Assembly (NCBI RefSeq): GCF_006345805.1
Contig: NC_042997.1
Location: forward strand, 72,788,001 to 72,852,000
DNA from: Octopus sinensis
Taxonomy: Eukaryota
Direction: 5' to 3'
Length of the DNA stretch: 64,000 nucleotides
Both the position numbers and the translations under genes were made by a program. Below are positions 62,909 to 64,000 of this stretch, in pieces. The notes under the pieces are model-generated. The model was not told the origin of the DNA, did not search any database, and was given only the letters and a program-made list of their open reading frames with translations. Positions within the stretch are counted from its first letter, which is position 1. Each line of letters opens with the position of its first letter.

Positions 62909-64000
62909 TGGGTATAGGGATATGGCTACCTACTATGTATATTTCCAATTTAGTACTGGGGATGTTTCATTTATGTGGACATACTCCTGTATTTGTCTAA
63001 GAGTTGGGTCTTTCAGGTGCTTGGATAAAATGTGGAGGTCAAGTTAATCCAGGTTGCCTCCATGTTGGTAGAGTATGGAGGACTGTTTTTTATCGTCATA
63101 TTGTCTCAAATGTTCATTCAGTCTTTCTGCAATGCTCCATGATGCCTTCCCTATATATTTCATGTTTGTGTCTTTACAAGCACCTTATGCAGTAGACTAC
63201 ATTTCGAGTTCTACAGTTAATCCTGCATACCATGCAGTTATCATTGGTGCATGTGGTATTCTCAAAGAAGTACATCCTACATAGTTGTGATCTGATGGAG
63301 CTCCCTGGCATTTCAACGATCTTAACGTTAAGTTTGGCCTCCCTCAAAGCTCTCCTAAATCTACGGGCTAGTTCTCCATTGGCTGTGGCATCTACAAACA
63401 TCACTCCTTGATAATTGTCTGTCTTGTACCATGTGTTCACCCTGTTTGCTTTGTCACAAGTTCTTTCTATCCTATTCCAGTCTTTGTACATTTAGGGCAG
63501 GTAGCACTGGTTTCATTACATATGATGTTATCTAACTTCTTTCTAGCATCCCTGTATACTCGAATCCTATCTTTCTGATCATATCCAGAGATTTGCATGT
63601 GGTGCATGAAGTTCTGCACATGTTCCTTTGTTTCACAGGGTTTGCATAGTGGGGAGACATTGTTCATTATCCTAAGTCTGATATCAATATTTGATTTTCA
63701 TGTTGTGTGACAAAGCTGAGGTCTTGTGAACATTGTATTTCAAAGCGATGGGTTTCATGTTATAGGAGTGGAGGAGCTGCATTCTGTTGTTCAAAGTCTC
63801 TAACCAAAGTTCAGTATCAAGGACGGGGTGTCTATTGTTAAGGTGCCTAGTGGGATAATCTATAGTTACCTTGATACTTTGGAAGATGGAGTTAGCTACA
63901 TGCTGGAGGCTCTCCATTATGTTCCTCAAGGTTTCTGCATTACCATTACTAGAGTTGGTCTTAACTAGAATATTAATGTCATCTACATACCTACAGTAAA
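62905..64000 (-). mobile_element. Degenerate Penelope-like element (RT thumb, Cys linker, GIY-YIG), continues beyond the window
   Basis: HPVLDTELW, SALS, SGYD..DR, MFVDATANGELARR, VE.PGSSIRSQL and C...NC.VC...CRTRNVVYCI.C motifs. Confidence 0.75.

Overview
AT-rich, repeat-dense eukaryotic DNA, most likely an octopus: this is inferred from the SINE families, the R4/Dong, RTE and Penelope content and the extreme microsatellite load; no database was consulted. Two host genes are supported. One is a rhodopsin-type peptide-receptor-like GPCR on the minus strand: its large exon (2694-3628) encodes TM1-TM6 and ends at a GTAAGT donor, so TM7 lies left of the window. The other is a compact plus-strand gene of up to 6 exons (about 44267-50978), not resolved as a gene in the ORF track, encoding an unassigned protein with a Cys/His-rich zinc-finger C-terminus behind a CpG-rich promoter. 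The rest is mostly mobile DNA: five R4/Dong-type RLE LINE pieces, a long RTE LINE plus 3' fragments, CR1/L2 pieces, five coding Penelope-like element (PLE) pieces including a near-intact Neptune-type RT+GIY-YIG copy, tRNA-derived SINEs, and mariner, Tc1, Chapaev and Helentron remnants. The most striking pattern is a set of short cassettes in or beside (TA)n tracts that carry type-I hammerhead ribozyme motifs with palindromic stem III. Several occur as foldback (inverted) dimers or a tandem dimer, and two carry a U3:A8 core variant. Also seen: a CpG-decay boundary at about 44.4 kb, and a PLE segment with locally extreme C>T/G>A conversion.
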